From Gammaproteobacteria bacterium (GTDB taxonomy: Bacteria; Pseudomonadota; Gammaproteobacteria; JBCCGL01): 64,000 nt of DNA. Position 1 is the stretch's first letter. The number at the start of each line of letters is the position of its first letter. Below, piece after piece: positions 52,956 to 63,607 of this stretch. Position numbers and translations under genes: made by a program. The stretch covers positions 2,336,001 to 2,400,000 of the forward strand of contig OZ255836.1 of the NCBI GenBank assembly GCA_965277715.1, given 5' to 3'. Under the pieces are notes generated by a model, which was not told where the DNA came from, searched no databases, and saw nothing but the letters and a program-made list of their open reading frames with translations.

Positions 52956-54116
52956 ATGAATGAACTCAACCACTGGCTACGCTTAAAACACAGCAAAGGT
53001 ATTGGCGTAGCCAGCACCCGCAAACTGCTCGACAACTTCCCCGACCTGGGCACTGCATTGCGTGCCGGGCAGGCGGCATTGAGTGGCAGCGGTTTATCCA
53101 AAAATACCGTGGAGGCACTGCTCGGCGAAGCCGATACACAAGCCATTGAAAGGGATTTAACCTGGGCCTGCAAACCCGGCAACCATATCCTGCCGTTTAT
53201 CAGCCCCCGCTACCCGGCGCGGCTGCGCAGCATCAACGACGCCCCACTGGTACTGTATGTCACGGGTGATGTCGATGTACTGCACACCGCCCAACTGGCG
53301 ATGGTGGGCAGCCGCAACCCATCGCACACTGGCCTCAAAAACGCGCAGCAATTCGCCAAACACCTCGCCGCCAGCGGTATTACCATTACCAGCGGCCTGG
53401 CGATAGGTATCGATGCCGCCAGCCACGAAGGGGCGCTGCAAGGCAATGGTTTGACCATCGCGGTGGCCGGTACCGGGCTGGACCGCATCTACCCGGCAAA
53501 GCACCACGCGCTGGCCAGCCGCATCATTACCGAGGGCGCGATGGTATCTGAATTCCCGATTGGCACCACCGCACGGGCTGAGTACTTCCCCCGCCGCAAC
53601 CGCATTATCAGTGGTCTCAGCCTCGGTACACTGGTGGTCGAGGCGGCGGTGCGCAGCGGTTCATTGAGTACCGCAAAGCACGCGATGGAACAGGGGCGCG
53701 AAGTGTTTGCCATTCCCGGATCGATTCAAAACCCCATGGCACGCGGTTGCCACCAACTCATCAAACAAGGCGCCAAACTGGTTGAAGTCTCCGATGAAAT
53801 ATTCGAAGAACTGGCGCCCCATCTAACCGAGAGCCGACAGCGGTTGGCGGGGAGTGGTGACTTATTTGCCCCCGGCGGGAATGCCTATAACACCCCGGAT
53901 ACCGGCACCGACAACGGGCAATACAACCCCTCTCTCGATACCGTTGACCCAAGCTACCAGCAATTGCTCGACTGCATCGACTACGAACCACAAACCATCG
54001 ATACCCTGATTGAGCGCAGCGGGCTGGCCGCCGCTGAAGTGGCCTCAATGTTGCTAATGCTGGAACTGAACGGGCATATAAACCGCACCGATGGCAGTAA
54101 ATTTGTGCGTTGCTGA
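52956..54116 (+). CDS. dprA: DNA-processing protein DprA
   Basis: VGSR, SGLAIGIDAASH, FPRRNRIISG, GREVFAIPG. Confidence 0.97.
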   Translation: MNELNHWLRLKHSKGIGVASTRKLLDNFPDLGTALRAGQAALSGSGLSKNTVEALLGEADTQAIERDLTWACKPGNHILPFISPRYPARLRSINDAPLVLYVTGDVDVLHTAQLAMVGSRNPSHTGLKNAQQFAKHLAASGITITSGLAIGIDAASHEGALQGNGLTIAVAGTGLDRIYPAKHHALASRIITEGAMVSEFPIGTTARAEYFPRRNRIISGLSLGTLVVEAAVRSGSLSTAKHAMEQGREVFAIPGSIQNPMARGCHQLIKQGAKLVEVSDEIFEELAPHLTESRQRLAGSGDLFAPGGNAYNTPDTGTDNGQYNPSLDTVDPSYQQLLDCIDYEPQTIDTLIERSGLAAAEVASMLLMLELNGHINRTDGSKFVRC

Positions 54117-54250
54117 GTTGTTTCGATATAAAACAGGCATACAGCACTCGACGCGGGTACTGTTTTTATGAAGAATAGTCGGCTTGCTATCACTCTGGTA
54201 TCCCTTTATAAGCCATTGGGATTATCACCACGCTTACACACAAGGCACGC

Positions 54251-56752
54251 ATGAGTAAAAATCTGGTCATTGTTGAATCGCCCGCCAAAGGCAAAACCAT
54301 CGAGAAATACCTGGGCAGGGATTTCACCGTAATGGCATCGTATGGCCATGTGCGCGATTTGGTGCCCAAAGAGGGCGCGGTCGATACCGATAACGATTTC
54401 ACCATGAAATATCAGCTTATTGAGCGCAATGAGAAGCACGTCGACAGGATCGTACGCGCCCTCAAAAAAGCCAACTGCCTGATGCTGGCCACTGACCCGG
54501 ACCGCGAGGGGGAAGCCATATCCTGGCATTTGGTTGAATTACTGCGCGAGAAAAAACTGCTGGAGGGGAAAAAAGTCCAGCGCGTGGTGTTTCACGAAAT
54601 CACCAGACGCGCCGTGCAGGATGCCGTCGACACCCCGCGTGAACTGTCGCTGGACCTCATCAATGCCCAGCAGGCACGCCGTGCACTCGACTACCTGGTG
54701 GGCTTTAACCTTTCACCCCTGCTATGGAAAAAAATTCGCCGTGGCCTATCCGCCGGTCGGGTACAAAGCCCGGCACTGCGCATGATCGCCGAGCGCGAAG
54801 ACGAAATTGAAGCGTTTATTCCGCGTGAATACTGGAGTGTCGACGCCGATCTGCTGCGCGGGGCCTACTCGTTTCAGGCCAAGCTGCGCATCCTCAACGG
54901 CGAAAAAGTCAGCCAGTTCACCATCGAAAACAGCGACCACGCCACAGCCACCAAGCAGGCGCTGGAGACAGCGGCCAACGGCAAACTGACCGTCGCCGAA
55001 GTCACCAAAAAACAACGCAAACGCAACCCTTCGCCGCCGTTTACCACCTCTACACTGCAACAGGAAGCCGTGCGCAAGCTCGGTTTTTCTGCACAGCGCA
55101 CCATGCGCACTGCGCAACAGCTATACGAAGGCGTCGACACAGGCGAAGGTGACGGCCAGGTTGGCCTGATCACCTATATGCGTACCGACTCGGTGACCCT
55201 GGCGCAAGACGCCCTGGATGACATTCGCGCCCTGATTGCCAAACGCTACGGCAAAAACAGCCTGCCAGACAGCCCACGGGCGTTTAAAAACAAATCCAAA
55301 AACGCCCAGGAGGCGCACGAGGCCGTCCGCCCCACCTCGGCGATGCGCACCCCGGAAAAAATCCAGGCACAGCTAAGCCCCGACCAATACAAACTGTACA
55401 GCCTGATCTGGAAACGCACCATCGCCTGCCAAATGATCCACGCCACCATCGACCAGGTCGCTATCGATTTTGACTGCGGGAAAGACAACCAGTTTCGCAT
55501 CACCGGCTCCACCGTGCGCGACCCCGGCTTTATGAGCGTCTACCAGGAGGGGCAGGACGACAGCAAAAAAGACGACGAACAGCGCACCCTGCCACCGATG
55601 GAAAAGGGCGAACAGATCGACTTAAAAGAAATCATCATCGCCCAGCACTTCACCGAGCCGCCACCGCGCTATACCGAGGCCACCCTGGTAAAAACCCTGG
55701 AGGAATACGGTATTGGCCGACCCTCCACCTACGCCTCGATTATCTCCACCCTACAAGCGCGTGAATACGTTGAAATAGAACAGCGGCGCTTTACCCCGAC
55801 TGATGTTGGCCGCGTGGTCAACCGCTTTTTATCCAGGCACTTTACCCAATACGTCGACTACGACTTTACCGCCAAACTGGAAGACGAACTCGATTCGGTT
55901 TCCCGTGGTGAGCAGGATTGGGTGCCATTGATGCGCACCTTCTGGAACCCCTTCAAAACACTGGTTACCGACAAAGAGGAAAACGTCAGCCGTGACGAAG
56001 CGGTGCAGGCGCGTGAGCTGGGCACCGACCCCGCCAGCGGCAAGCCCGTCACCGTGCGCATTGGCCGCTATGGCCCGTTTGTACAGATCGGCACCCGCGA
56101 CGATGAAGAAAAACCCACCTTCGCCGGTTTGCGCCCAGGCCAGAAGATGGACAGCATTACCATGGAAGAGGCTATGGTGTTATTCCAATTGCCACGCGAG
56201 CTGGGCGTCTCCCCCGACGATGAAAAAATCTCTGCCAACATTGGCCGCTTTGGCCCCTACGTAAAATACGGCAGCAAATTTGCCTCACTCAAAGAGGATG
56301 ATCCCTACACCATTACATTTGAGCGCGCACTGGAAGTCGTCGCCGAGAAGAAAATTGCCGACGCAAATAAAATCGTCAAAGTGTTTCCCGGCACCGATGT
56401 GCAAATTCTCAATGGCCGCTGGGGCGCTTATATTACCAATGGCGATAAAAACGCCAGGCTCCCGCCTGAGCTAAAAGAAACACCCCAGGCAATCACCTTT
56501 GAGCAGGCCGGGAAACTGCTCGCCGAAGCACCGGAAAAGAAAGGGCGTGGCAAGAAAAAGGCGGCGGCCAAAAAGACAACAGCAAAGAAAACAGCCGCCA
56601 AGAAAACAGCCACGAAGAAAACCAGCAGTAAAAAGGTCGCTAGCAAGAAAAAAGCCGCGAGCAAAAAGAAAGCAACGGCCAAAAAGACCGCCAGTAAGAA
56701 AACCAGCAGTAAAAAAACAGCCGCAAAAAAAGTGGCCACCAGCAAACCCTAG
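54251..56752 (+). CDS. topA: DNA topoisomerase I with Lys/Ala-rich tail
   Basis: IVESPAK, DPDREGE, SAGRVQS, ITYMRTD. Confidence 0.98.
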   Translation: MSKNLVIVESPAKGKTIEKYLGRDFTVMASYGHVRDLVPKEGAVDTDNDFTMKYQLIERNEKHVDRIVRALKKANCLMLATDPDREGEAISWHLVELLREKKLLEGKKVQRVVFHEITRRAVQDAVDTPRELSLDLINAQQARRALDYLVGFNLSPLLWKKIRRGLSAGRVQSPALRMIAEREDEIEAFIPREYWSVDADLLRGAYSFQAKLRILNGEKVSQFTIENSDHATATKQALETAANGKLTVAEVTKKQRKRNPSPPFTTSTLQQEAVRKLGFSAQRTMRTAQQLYEGVDTGEGDGQVGLITYMRTDSVTLAQDALDDIRALIAKRYGKNSLPDSPRAFKNKSKNAQEAHEAVRPTSAMRTPEKIQAQLSPDQYKLYSLIWKRTIACQMIHATIDQVAIDFDCGKDNQFRITGSTVRDPGFMSVYQEGQDDSKKDDEQRTLPPMEKGEQIDLKEIIIAQHFTEPPPRYTEATLVKTLEEYGIGRPSTYASIISTLQAREYVEIEQRRFTPTDVGRVVNRFLSRHFTQYVDYDFTAKLEDELDSVSRGEQDWVPLMRTFWNPFKTLVTDKEENVSRDEAVQARELGTDPASGKPVTVRIGRYGPFVQIGTRDDEEKPTFAGLRPGQKMDSITMEEAMVLFQLPRELGVSPDDEKISANIGRFGPYVKYGSKFASLKEDDPYTITFERALEVVAEKKIADANKIVKVFPGTDVQILNGRWGAYITNGDKNARLPPELKETPQAITFEQAGKLLAEAPEKKGRGKKKAAAKKTTAKKTAAKKTATKKTSSKKVASKKKAASKKKATAKKTASKKTSSKKTAAKKVATSKP

Positions 56753-56755
56753 CCA

Positions 56756-57307
56756 GTGCCGTCCCCCGACCTTCAACAGGCCGTCGAAAGCCTGCGCGCA
56801 GGCGGCATAATTGCCTACCCCACCGAAGCGGTTTACGGTTTGGGGTGTGACCCGCACAACGAGGCGGCGCTGCAAAAACTGTTGTCGTTAAAACAGCGTG
56901 ACGACGGCAAAGGCGTGATTATCATCGCCGTCGACTACCGCCAATTGGCCGGTTTTATTGCACCGCACACCGGGGCGTTACAGCAGCGTCTGTCGACGCC
57001 TGCGGCAACCCCCACCACCTGGGTGGTAGAGGCCGCAGCCACCCTTTCACCGCACCTCACTGGTGGGCGCACAACGATTGCCGTGCGCATCACTGACCAC
57101 CCTGTCGCTGCGGCTATTTGCCGTTTATTTGCCGGGCCTATTACCTCCACCAGTGCCAATCTGTCCGGTTCTCCACCGGCTAAATCTGCACAGGCCGTTC
57201 GCCAGCAGTTTCCACAGGGTATCGACACATTCATCGATGCGCCTGTGGGCACATTAAGCCAGCCGACACAGATTATCGATGCGCACAGCGGAGCGCGGTT
57301 GCGCTGA
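56756..57307 (+). CDS. tsaC: Threonylcarbamoyl-AMP synthase (Sua5/YrdC)
   Basis: AYPTEAVYGLGCDP, TSTSAN. Confidence 0.94.
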   Translation: MPSPDLQQAVESLRAGGIIAYPTEAVYGLGCDPHNEAALQKLLSLKQRDDGKGVIIIAVDYRQLAGFIAPHTGALQQRLSTPAATPTTWVVEAAATLSPHLTGGRTTIAVRITDHPVAAAICRLFAGPITSTSANLSGSPPAKSAQAVRQQFPQGIDTFIDAPVGTLSQPTQIIDAHSGARLR

Positions 57308-57322
57308 AGCAACCACACCGGG

Positions 57323-58246
57323 ATGACCATGCAAGCCAATACCACACCCAATATCGACGCAATAGCCGGTTACCTGCAACAACTGCAGGATACGATCTCG
57401 AACAGTTTGCAAACCTATGAAACCCAGCACCGCTTCCATGAAGATAACTGGACGCGTGACGCGGGGGGTGGGGGTCGCAGCCGGGTGCTCACGGGCGGCG
57501 AGGTTTTTGAGCAGGCGGGTATTAACTTTTCACACGTGTCTGGCGCGGCGTTGCCCGCCTCGGCCAGCGCGCACCGCCAGTCGCTGGCGGGGCGCAGTTT
57601 TCAGGCCTTGGGGGTTTCTCTGGTGGTGCACCCACGCAATCCCTATGCGCCAACATCGCACTTTAACGTTCGTTTCTTCATTGCAGAAAAGCCGGGCAGC
57701 GAGCCGATATGGTGGTTTGGTGGTGGTTTTGATTTAACCCCGTATTATGGTTTTGATGAGGACTGTGTGCATTGGCACAGTACGGCACGCGATGCCTGCG
57801 CCCCGTTTGGTGACGAGGTTTATCCACGCTATAAAAAGTGGTGTGATGATTATTTTTACCTGAAGCACCGCCAGGAGCCACGGGGTATTGGTGGTTTGTT
57901 TTTTGATGATCTCGATGCGGGCGGATTTGATCGCTGTTTTGATTTTATGCAATGCATTGGCAATCATTATTTACCCGCTTATCTGCCTATATTGGCGCGC
58001 CGCTATAATACGGCTTTTACCGAGCGCGAGCGCGATTGGCAGCTATACCGGCGGGGGCGGTATGTTGAATTTAATCTGGTTTATGATCGCGGTACGCTGT
58101 TTGGTTTGCAGTCCGGGGGACGCACTGAGTCGATATTGATGTCGTTGCCTCCGCTGGTTAAATGGGAATATGGTTATCAGCCACGGGCTGGTGGTGATGA
58201 GGCGCGGTTGTGTAGTGATTATTTGTGTGGTCGGGAGTGGGTTTAG
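57323..58246 (+). CDS. hemF: Oxygen-dependent coproporphyrinogen III oxidase
   Basis: [27 protein letters not shown]. Confidence 0.98.
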   Translation: MTMQANTTPNIDAIAGYLQQLQDTISNSLQTYETQHRFHEDNWTRDAGGGGRSRVLTGGEVFEQAGINFSHVSGAALPASASAHRQSLAGRSFQALGVSLVVHPRNPYAPTSHFNVRFFIAEKPGSEPIWWFGGGFDLTPYYGFDEDCVHWHSTARDACAPFGDEVYPRYKKWCDDYFYLKHRQEPRGIGGLFFDDLDAGGFDRCFDFMQCIGNHYLPAYLPILARRYNTAFTERERDWQLYRRGRYVEFNLVYDRGTLFGLQSGGRTESILMSLPPLVKWEYGYQPRAGGDEARLCSDYLCGREWV

Positions 58247-58307
58247 TTTAGGGTTAATTTGGTATGTCGTGGGTTTTGGGAGTTTATAGGTTTCGCTCGC
58301 GATGCCT

Positions 58308-58447
58308 GGAAACCTGCACGAAATAATTTCCACTTTTATCATGTTGTTTAAATAATGCGCCGTGTGTTAATAACACGTTCAACCAACTCAGATATAAAGT
58401 AAATCGGTGCATTTACGAATCCCGGAATTTATTTCGTGCGCGTTCCC
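58308..58447. repeat. MITE family B copy 3
   Basis: Termini GGAAACCTGCACGAAATAATT and AATTTATTTCGTGCGCGTTCC. Confidence 0.78.
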
Positions 58448-58565
58448 TGGCTTCTTTCTCACCGCAGATGAGTGCGGTACAGACCGTAAGCATACCGTGC
58501 TAATCAATACAGGCGTTCGCCAACTTTTTTTGTGAAAAGTAGACTGACGCCCCCAGGCTAAAATC

Positions 58566-59531
58566 TCACTTGTTGGCAATCCCTTCTGCCAGTAGGCAAA
58601 GAATTTCAAACATCATTGTCACGGCTACCAATGCTGTATTGCCAGATGGATCAAACGGTGGCGATACTTCAACAACGTCACCACCGACTAAATTAAGCCC
58701 GCGTAGCCCGCGCAGCATTTTCTGTGCATCGTAGGTGGTGAGGCCGCCAATTTCCGGCGTGCCTGTGCCAGGGGCGTAAACCGGATCGAGTGCATCGACA
58801 TCAAAGCTGACGTAGGTCTTACCATCGCCAACCACCCGCCGCGCCTCGGCGATAACGGCGTCTATACCAAGGTCGTTGTATTCTTCAATTTCAATCACGC
58901 GGATGCCCTGTGCCAACCCCCATTCCTTGTCAGAATCTGAATACAGCGCACCCCGGATACCAATTTGCACCGTGCGTTTAGGGTCGAGTAGGCCCTCTTC
59001 AATAGCGCGCCGAAACGGTGTGCCGTGGGTGTATTTTGAATCGCCGAAATACCTGTCCCAAGTGTCGGTATGGGCATCGAAATGCACCATCCCGACCGCT
59101 TCGTCGGCACACAGCGCACGCATTACCGGCAGTGAAATCAAGTGATCCCCCCCCACAGTTAACGGCACAATCCCCTTTGCAATCACCTCACGATAAAATG
59201 CCTCAACGCGGCTGAGCGTATCGTCAATATCGATGGGATTAACCGGCGAATCCCCCAAGTCAGCGCAATTGCACAAATGAAATGGCTTAATCCCCGTGAC
59301 GTGATGGACATTGCGCGCCATCGTCGATAAATCGCGAATCTGGCGTGGCCCGTGCCGCGCCCCTGCACGGTTAGTAGTACCGCCATCCCAGGGGACACCA
59401 ATCAAGCCAATATCCACCTCACCCGCTTCCTCTACGGCAAGGTGTGGCAAGCGCATAAACGTGGCAATGCCCGCAAAACGTGGCAGGATATCGCCAGAAG
59501 TGGGCTTATATGAACGCGTACTGGTTGTCAT
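58566..59531 (-). CDS. speB: Agmatinase/ureohydrolase family protein
   Basis: GGDH, DAHTD, SFDVDALDP..APGTGTP; exact substrate uncertain. Confidence 0.85.
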   Translation of the reverse strand: MTTSTRSYKPTSGDILPRFAGIATFMRLPHLAVEEAGEVDIGLIGVPWDGGTTNRAGARHGPRQIRDLSTMARNVHHVTGIKPFHLCNCADLGDSPVNPIDIDDTLSRVEAFYREVIAKGIVPLTVGGDHLISLPVMRALCADEAVGMVHFDAHTDTWDRYFGDSKYTHGTPFRRAIEEGLLDPKRTVQIGIRGALYSDSDKEWGLAQGIRVIEIEEYNDLGIDAVIAEARRVVGDGKTYVSFDVDALDPVYAPGTGTPEIGGLTTYDAQKMLRGLRGLNLVGGDVVEVSPPFDPSGNTALVAVTMMFEILCLLAEGIANK

Positions 59532-59684
59532 GTGTGCTACCTATATTGTCGGAGTAATACCGCCGTCTTTATAACGGAGTTACCAGCACCTGACAACACA
59601 GAATACTTATAGGTTTATATTAAAAACCAATACACCAAAGGCAAGACCCACACGACCAGTAATTAACAATCAGCAATCGACTAA

Positions 59685-59715
59685 ATTGTTCCAGAAATCC
59701 TTTTTCTGGAACAAT
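59685..59715 (-). terminator. Hairpin downstream of catalase, possible terminator
   Basis: ATTGTTCCAGAAA / TTTCTGGAACAAT 13-bp stem. Confidence 0.5.
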
Positions 59716-59759
59716 GATTGGCCAATACATCAGCCACCCTGTATTTACTTATGCGCAAG

Positions 59760-61226
59760 TCAATCCACAGAGCCTAACATCGCCTTTTCCACCCGCGCAG
59801 CATAATCCACATCCGCAGCGTGTAAAAATCCCAACATACGCCGCTGCGCAGACTCAGACGCCTGACGTAAACCACCGGCAATATTCTGCGCAAGCTGGTC
59901 TTTTTGCCCCTCATTCATCACACGGTACAAATCACCCGCCTGACTGAAATTATCCTCGTCCCGGCTGTCGTGCGCCTTAATCCACGCCTGTTCCAGAACC
60001 GGCATAGGCGGCTCTGCCACCTGCGGTTGTGGCACAGCCGCGCCATCGTCAGCACGATCATTCGGGTAATAATTAACCCCACCACCCTGGTTATTGCTGC
60101 CGCCAAAAGCCGCTGGCATACCGGCCATAGCCCCGTCACGCTGGTAGTGATTCACCGGGCAGCGCGGCGCATTCACCGGCAACTGATTAACATTGGCACC
60201 CACCCGGTAGCGGTGTGCATCCTGATAAGCCAATAACCTCGCCTGCAGCATCTTATCGGGTGATGCACCGATTCCCGGCACCAGATTGTTAGGCGCAAAC
60301 GCCGACTGCTCGGTTTCGGCAAAGTAATTTTCCACATTGCGATTCAATTCCAACTGACCCACCTCGATCAGCGGGTAATCGCTGTGCGGCCATACTTTGG
60401 TCAAATCAAATGGATTAATCGCGTAATCCCGAGCCTGTGCTTCGGTCATAATTTGCAGCTTCACACTCCAGCTTGGGCAATCCCCCCGCGCTATCGACTC
60501 GACCAAATCCTGTTGCGCACCAAACGCGGGCAAAGCAGCGGCTTCGTCGTCGGTCAGGGTTTTAATCCCCTGATTGGTTTTCAAATGCCACTTGACCCAA
60601 AAGCGTTCGCCGTTGGCATTCCAAAAACTCAAGGTATGTGAACCATAACCGTTCATATGCCGCAAAGAAGCGGGAATCCCCCGGTCAGACATCAGGATAG
60701 TCATCTGATGCAGTGACTGTGGGCTATTGGCCCAAAATTCATACACCGCTGCCGCATCCGGCAGGTTGGTCTGGGGGTTCTTTTTCTGCGAGTGAATAAA
60801 ATCCGGGAACTTGATTGGATCGCGCAGGAAAAACACCGGGGTATTATTCCCCACCAGGTCAAAATTCCCCTGTTGCGTGTAAAACTTAACCGCAAAACCA
60901 CGCGGATCACGGGCGTAATCGCTCGAATCCTGGCCACCCCCCACAGTCGAAAACCGCACAAACACCTCGGTTTGCTGGCCGACCGTTTGCAAAAAATCAG
61001 CGATGCTGTAGTCACTCAATGATTGGCTTAGCGTGAAGGTTCCATAGGCTCCATTGCCGCGTGCATGCACCACCCGTTCGGGGATGCGCTCACGGTTAAA
61101 GTGCGCCAGCTTTTCAAATAATTGATGGTTATTAAACGTGAGCGGGCCACGCTCACCGACGGAAACACTGTTGTCATCGTCGGCGATGGGGGCGCCGGTA
61201 GACGTGGTTAGGATAGTATTGCTCAT
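59760..61226 (-). CDS. katA: Monofunctional heme catalase
   Basis: FNRERIPERVVHA, RFSTV, VGNNTP, RLLAYQDAHRYR. Confidence 0.93.
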   Translation of the reverse strand: MSNTILTTSTGAPIADDDNSVSVGERGPLTFNNHQLFEKLAHFNRERIPERVVHARGNGAYGTFTLSQSLSDYSIADFLQTVGQQTEVFVRFSTVGGGQDSSDYARDPRGFAVKFYTQQGNFDLVGNNTPVFFLRDPIKFPDFIHSQKKNPQTNLPDAAAVYEFWANSPQSLHQMTILMSDRGIPASLRHMNGYGSHTLSFWNANGERFWVKWHLKTNQGIKTLTDDEAAALPAFGAQQDLVESIARGDCPSWSVKLQIMTEAQARDYAINPFDLTKVWPHSDYPLIEVGQLELNRNVENYFAETEQSAFAPNNLVPGIGASPDKMLQARLLAYQDAHRYRVGANVNQLPVNAPRCPVNHYQRDGAMAGMPAAFGGSNNQGGGVNYYPNDRADDGAAVPQPQVAEPPMPVLEQAWIKAHDSRDEDNFSQAGDLYRVMNEGQKDQLAQNIAGGLRQASESAQRRMLGFLHAADVDYAARVEKAMLGSVD

Positions 61227-61427
61227 ATCGATAACTTCCTCAGGTGGTTAGTGGGTATTCTTACGGATTAACCGTATGCAGATTATCTTATACAACAATG
61301 ATCAATAGTTAAAAAGGATTGTTTGTATCATAACAATCTACTAAATAGATTGATTTGTGCTATCAACAAAGCCTCTATAGAACATTTATATCGTCACATG
61401 CAAACAATTAACGCGAATAATTTAGCA

Positions 61428-61955
61428 TTAATGGGTATGGGTGTGTTTACCGGTACTGTAGCCACGCAGCTTGTCGTATAGCTTGACCTGGTGTTGCGTC
61501 AGTATTTTTACCTGAGATAGATGGGTGCTGAGGTGAACATACCTTATCCTCGCCTCCAGTTGGCTGATGGTAGTGAGCTGGGATTCCAACAACGCCTCAC
61601 TAACAGATTGGTTGGCAAATAGCCTGTCCAGGATGCGCTCTTGCTCAATAAGCGCATTTCCCAGCTTAACCGCCCGGTTTTTCATTGACTGGAAGAGTAA
61701 CTCCGTAGCGCTGAGCTGCTTATCCGTTAACGCAAGCTCGCTGGCCAGGTCGAGCACATGCCGTGGCCCTGGATAATGATTTAACTCCGCCGCTTTGGCG
61801 TATCCCATTCCTTGCCCACTTTGAAGCCCTTCAATTTGCTCTCTTGTGAGTGATTTTATCGCCTGGTTTTCCTCGCCGATATAGGGCGACACCTGCGCCG
61901 CAGAAGCCGTGGCCATCACGCCGATAATCGATAGAAATAATAGTATCTGTTTCAC
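61428..61955 (-). CDS. Periplasmic Spy/CpxP-like helical protein
   Basis: Signal peptide; AELNHYPGPRHVL; LTDKQ and LTQHQ (LTxxQ) motifs; His-rich tail. Confidence 0.7.
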   Translation of the reverse strand: MKQILLFLSIIGVMATASAAQVSPYIGEENQAIKSLTREQIEGLQSGQGMGYAKAAELNHYPGPRHVLDLASELALTDKQLSATELLFQSMKNRAVKLGNALIEQERILDRLFANQSVSEALLESQLTTISQLEARIRYVHLSTHLSQVKILTQHQVKLYDKLRGYSTGKHTHTH

Positions 61956-61992
61956 TGTGTATGCTCTGTTGAGTGTGTATTCTTTGGCGCAG

Positions 61993-62451
61993 TTAATGGC
62001 AGGCTTTACCCCATTTTTTTAACCGCCAGTAGTTATACGGCCACGGCGCAACAAAGCCCGCCACCAGCATTAATGGAATGGCCCACCACGTCAGTAAAGC
62101 CCCCCCGGTAAGCACCCAGTCAGTAATATTCATGGCACTCTCCATGCCGATCATCGAGATGAGGCTCATCCCCATCGCCGTTTTCAACGCTAACCCCAAT
62201 GTCATTCCCACACGGAACAGGATAATCGTTTCCAGCAAAATACTGGTCACCAGCCCGTTGATAATGGCCAGCAGCATAATCGCCAGCGTTGGCCAGGGAA
62301 TCTGGGTAAATTGGAAAAAGGCAATAGTGCCGAAATCGCCAATTGAACAACCAATCAGGCACCACATCGTATTTCGTGCACTGGCACGCCAGGTATGTTT
62401 GCACCGCCAAAAGTGGCGGTTGTCTATTAGAGGTTTTACTGCTTCAGTCAT
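61993..62451 (-). CDS. DUF4396-like membrane protein
   Basis: CLIGCSIGD, SMIGME..MN, GFVAPWPYNYW. Confidence 0.75.
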   Translation of the reverse strand: MTEAVKPLIDNRHFWRCKHTWRASARNTMWCLIGCSIGDFGTIAFFQFTQIPWPTLAIMLLAIINGLVTSILLETIILFRVGMTLGLALKTAMGMSLISMIGMESAMNITDWVLTGGALLTWWAIPLMLVAGFVAPWPYNYWRLKKWGKACH

Positions 62452-62845
62452 GGGTGGTCTGGTTAGTACACTATCTACATTATATTGTCGGGTTCAGCGC
62501 AACAAATTCATTTTACACGAAGGGTTATCCCACAAGCGTACCAGAACTGCGTTGTTTTTACTCACCATAGCACCACTATGATTGCGCAAAAACGCCTTGC
62601 TCTACCACGCTTGTGGGCCAACTGAACCTGTCAATAGAAGGTAGACGGTGTACTAGCTTATAGAGGATCAGCATAAGCCCTTTACCGATGGGAATGTCAA
62701 GAAAGCGTGCCAGGTGGTTTATCGTTTCTGTCTTAATATCTTATTCATCAGGTAGCCAGTCGAATGAAAGGGATAGACTCTTTCATTCACAATACACATC
62801 CAGGCCGGTTTTCGATAGCCAGTATCTACTGGCTATTAACGATAA

Positions 62846-62869
62846 TGTGTATATACTTTCATATACACA
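62846..62869. promoter_or_regulatory. Probable VapBC autoregulatory operator
   Basis: TGTGTATAT-N6-ATATACACA inverted repeat about 20 bp upstream of vapB. Confidence 0.6.
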
Positions 62870-62888
62870 AAAAACACACCAAGCCTTA

Positions 62889-63125
62889 ATGCAAAATACT
62901 ACTGCAAAAGTCTTCAACAGCGGCAATAGTCAGGCTGTTCGCCTACCTAAGGCATTTCGGCTGGATACCGACGAGGTATTTATCCGCAAAGTGGGCAATC
63001 AATTGATCTTGACACCCAAAAAGGACTGTTGGCAGGGCTTTACCGATGGCTTTACTGGTTTCAGTGAAGATTTTTCCACCTATGCAGAATTACCCGAAGA
63101 TACGCCCCGGAGGCGTTTCGATTGA
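62889..63125 (+). CDS. vapB: AbrB/MazE-type antitoxin VapB
   Basis: AKVFNSGNSQAVRLPKAFR. Confidence 0.92.
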   Translation: MQNTTAKVFNSGNSQAVRLPKAFRLDTDEVFIRKVGNQLILTPKKDCWQGFTDGFTGFSEDFSTYAELPEDTPRRRFD

Positions 63126-63532
63126 TCCGTTATATGCTGGATACCAACGCCTGTATTGGTGTCATTAACGGCGCGATTCCATCATTACGCAAACGATTAC
63201 TCAATCACCGCCCCAGTGACCTTAGCATTTCTCAAATTGTATATTTCGAACTGGAATTTGGCATCTGTCGATCAAAACAGCCTCAACGCAACCGGCAAAA
63301 TCTGATTCATTTTCTACAGTATCTGCAAATAGCGAACTGGTCAGATACACAATCGCGGGAAGCTGCGGCAATACGTTGCGAGCTGGCGGAAAAAGGCACG
63401 CCTATAGGACACTACGATACCCTTATCGCAGCGCATGCACGCTCATTAAACACAGTATTGGTTACACACAATGTTCCTGAGTTTTCCAGAGTTGAAGGCC
63501 TGGCACTGGAAGACTGGGAAATCGGTGGCTAA
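63122..63532 (+). CDS. vapC: PIN-domain toxin VapC
   Basis: YMLDTN, IGHYDTLIAAHA, LVTHN..EFSRV..L.LEDW. Confidence 0.95.
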   Translation: MIRYMLDTNACIGVINGAIPSLRKRLLNHRPSDLSISQIVYFELEFGICRSKQPQRNRQNLIHFLQYLQIANWSDTQSREAAAIRCELAEKGTPIGHYDTLIAAHARSLNTVLVTHNVPEFSRVEGLALEDWEIGG

Positions 63533-63607
63533 TCAAACGCTGCTCTACCGGATCAACCCCATAAGCTCCATTAGGCAACCAGGTCCGTACGGCACAATAA
63601 TCAGGTA

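Noticed and set aside
56530-56752. Lys/Ala-rich repetitive tail of TopA as a novelty
   Set aside because: Basic histone-like tails are already known in several bacterial topoisomerase I enzymes.
61305-61341. OxyR-like site upstream of catalase
   Set aside because: Only a loose match to ATAG-N7-CTAT periodicity in AT-rich DNA; cannot be supported.
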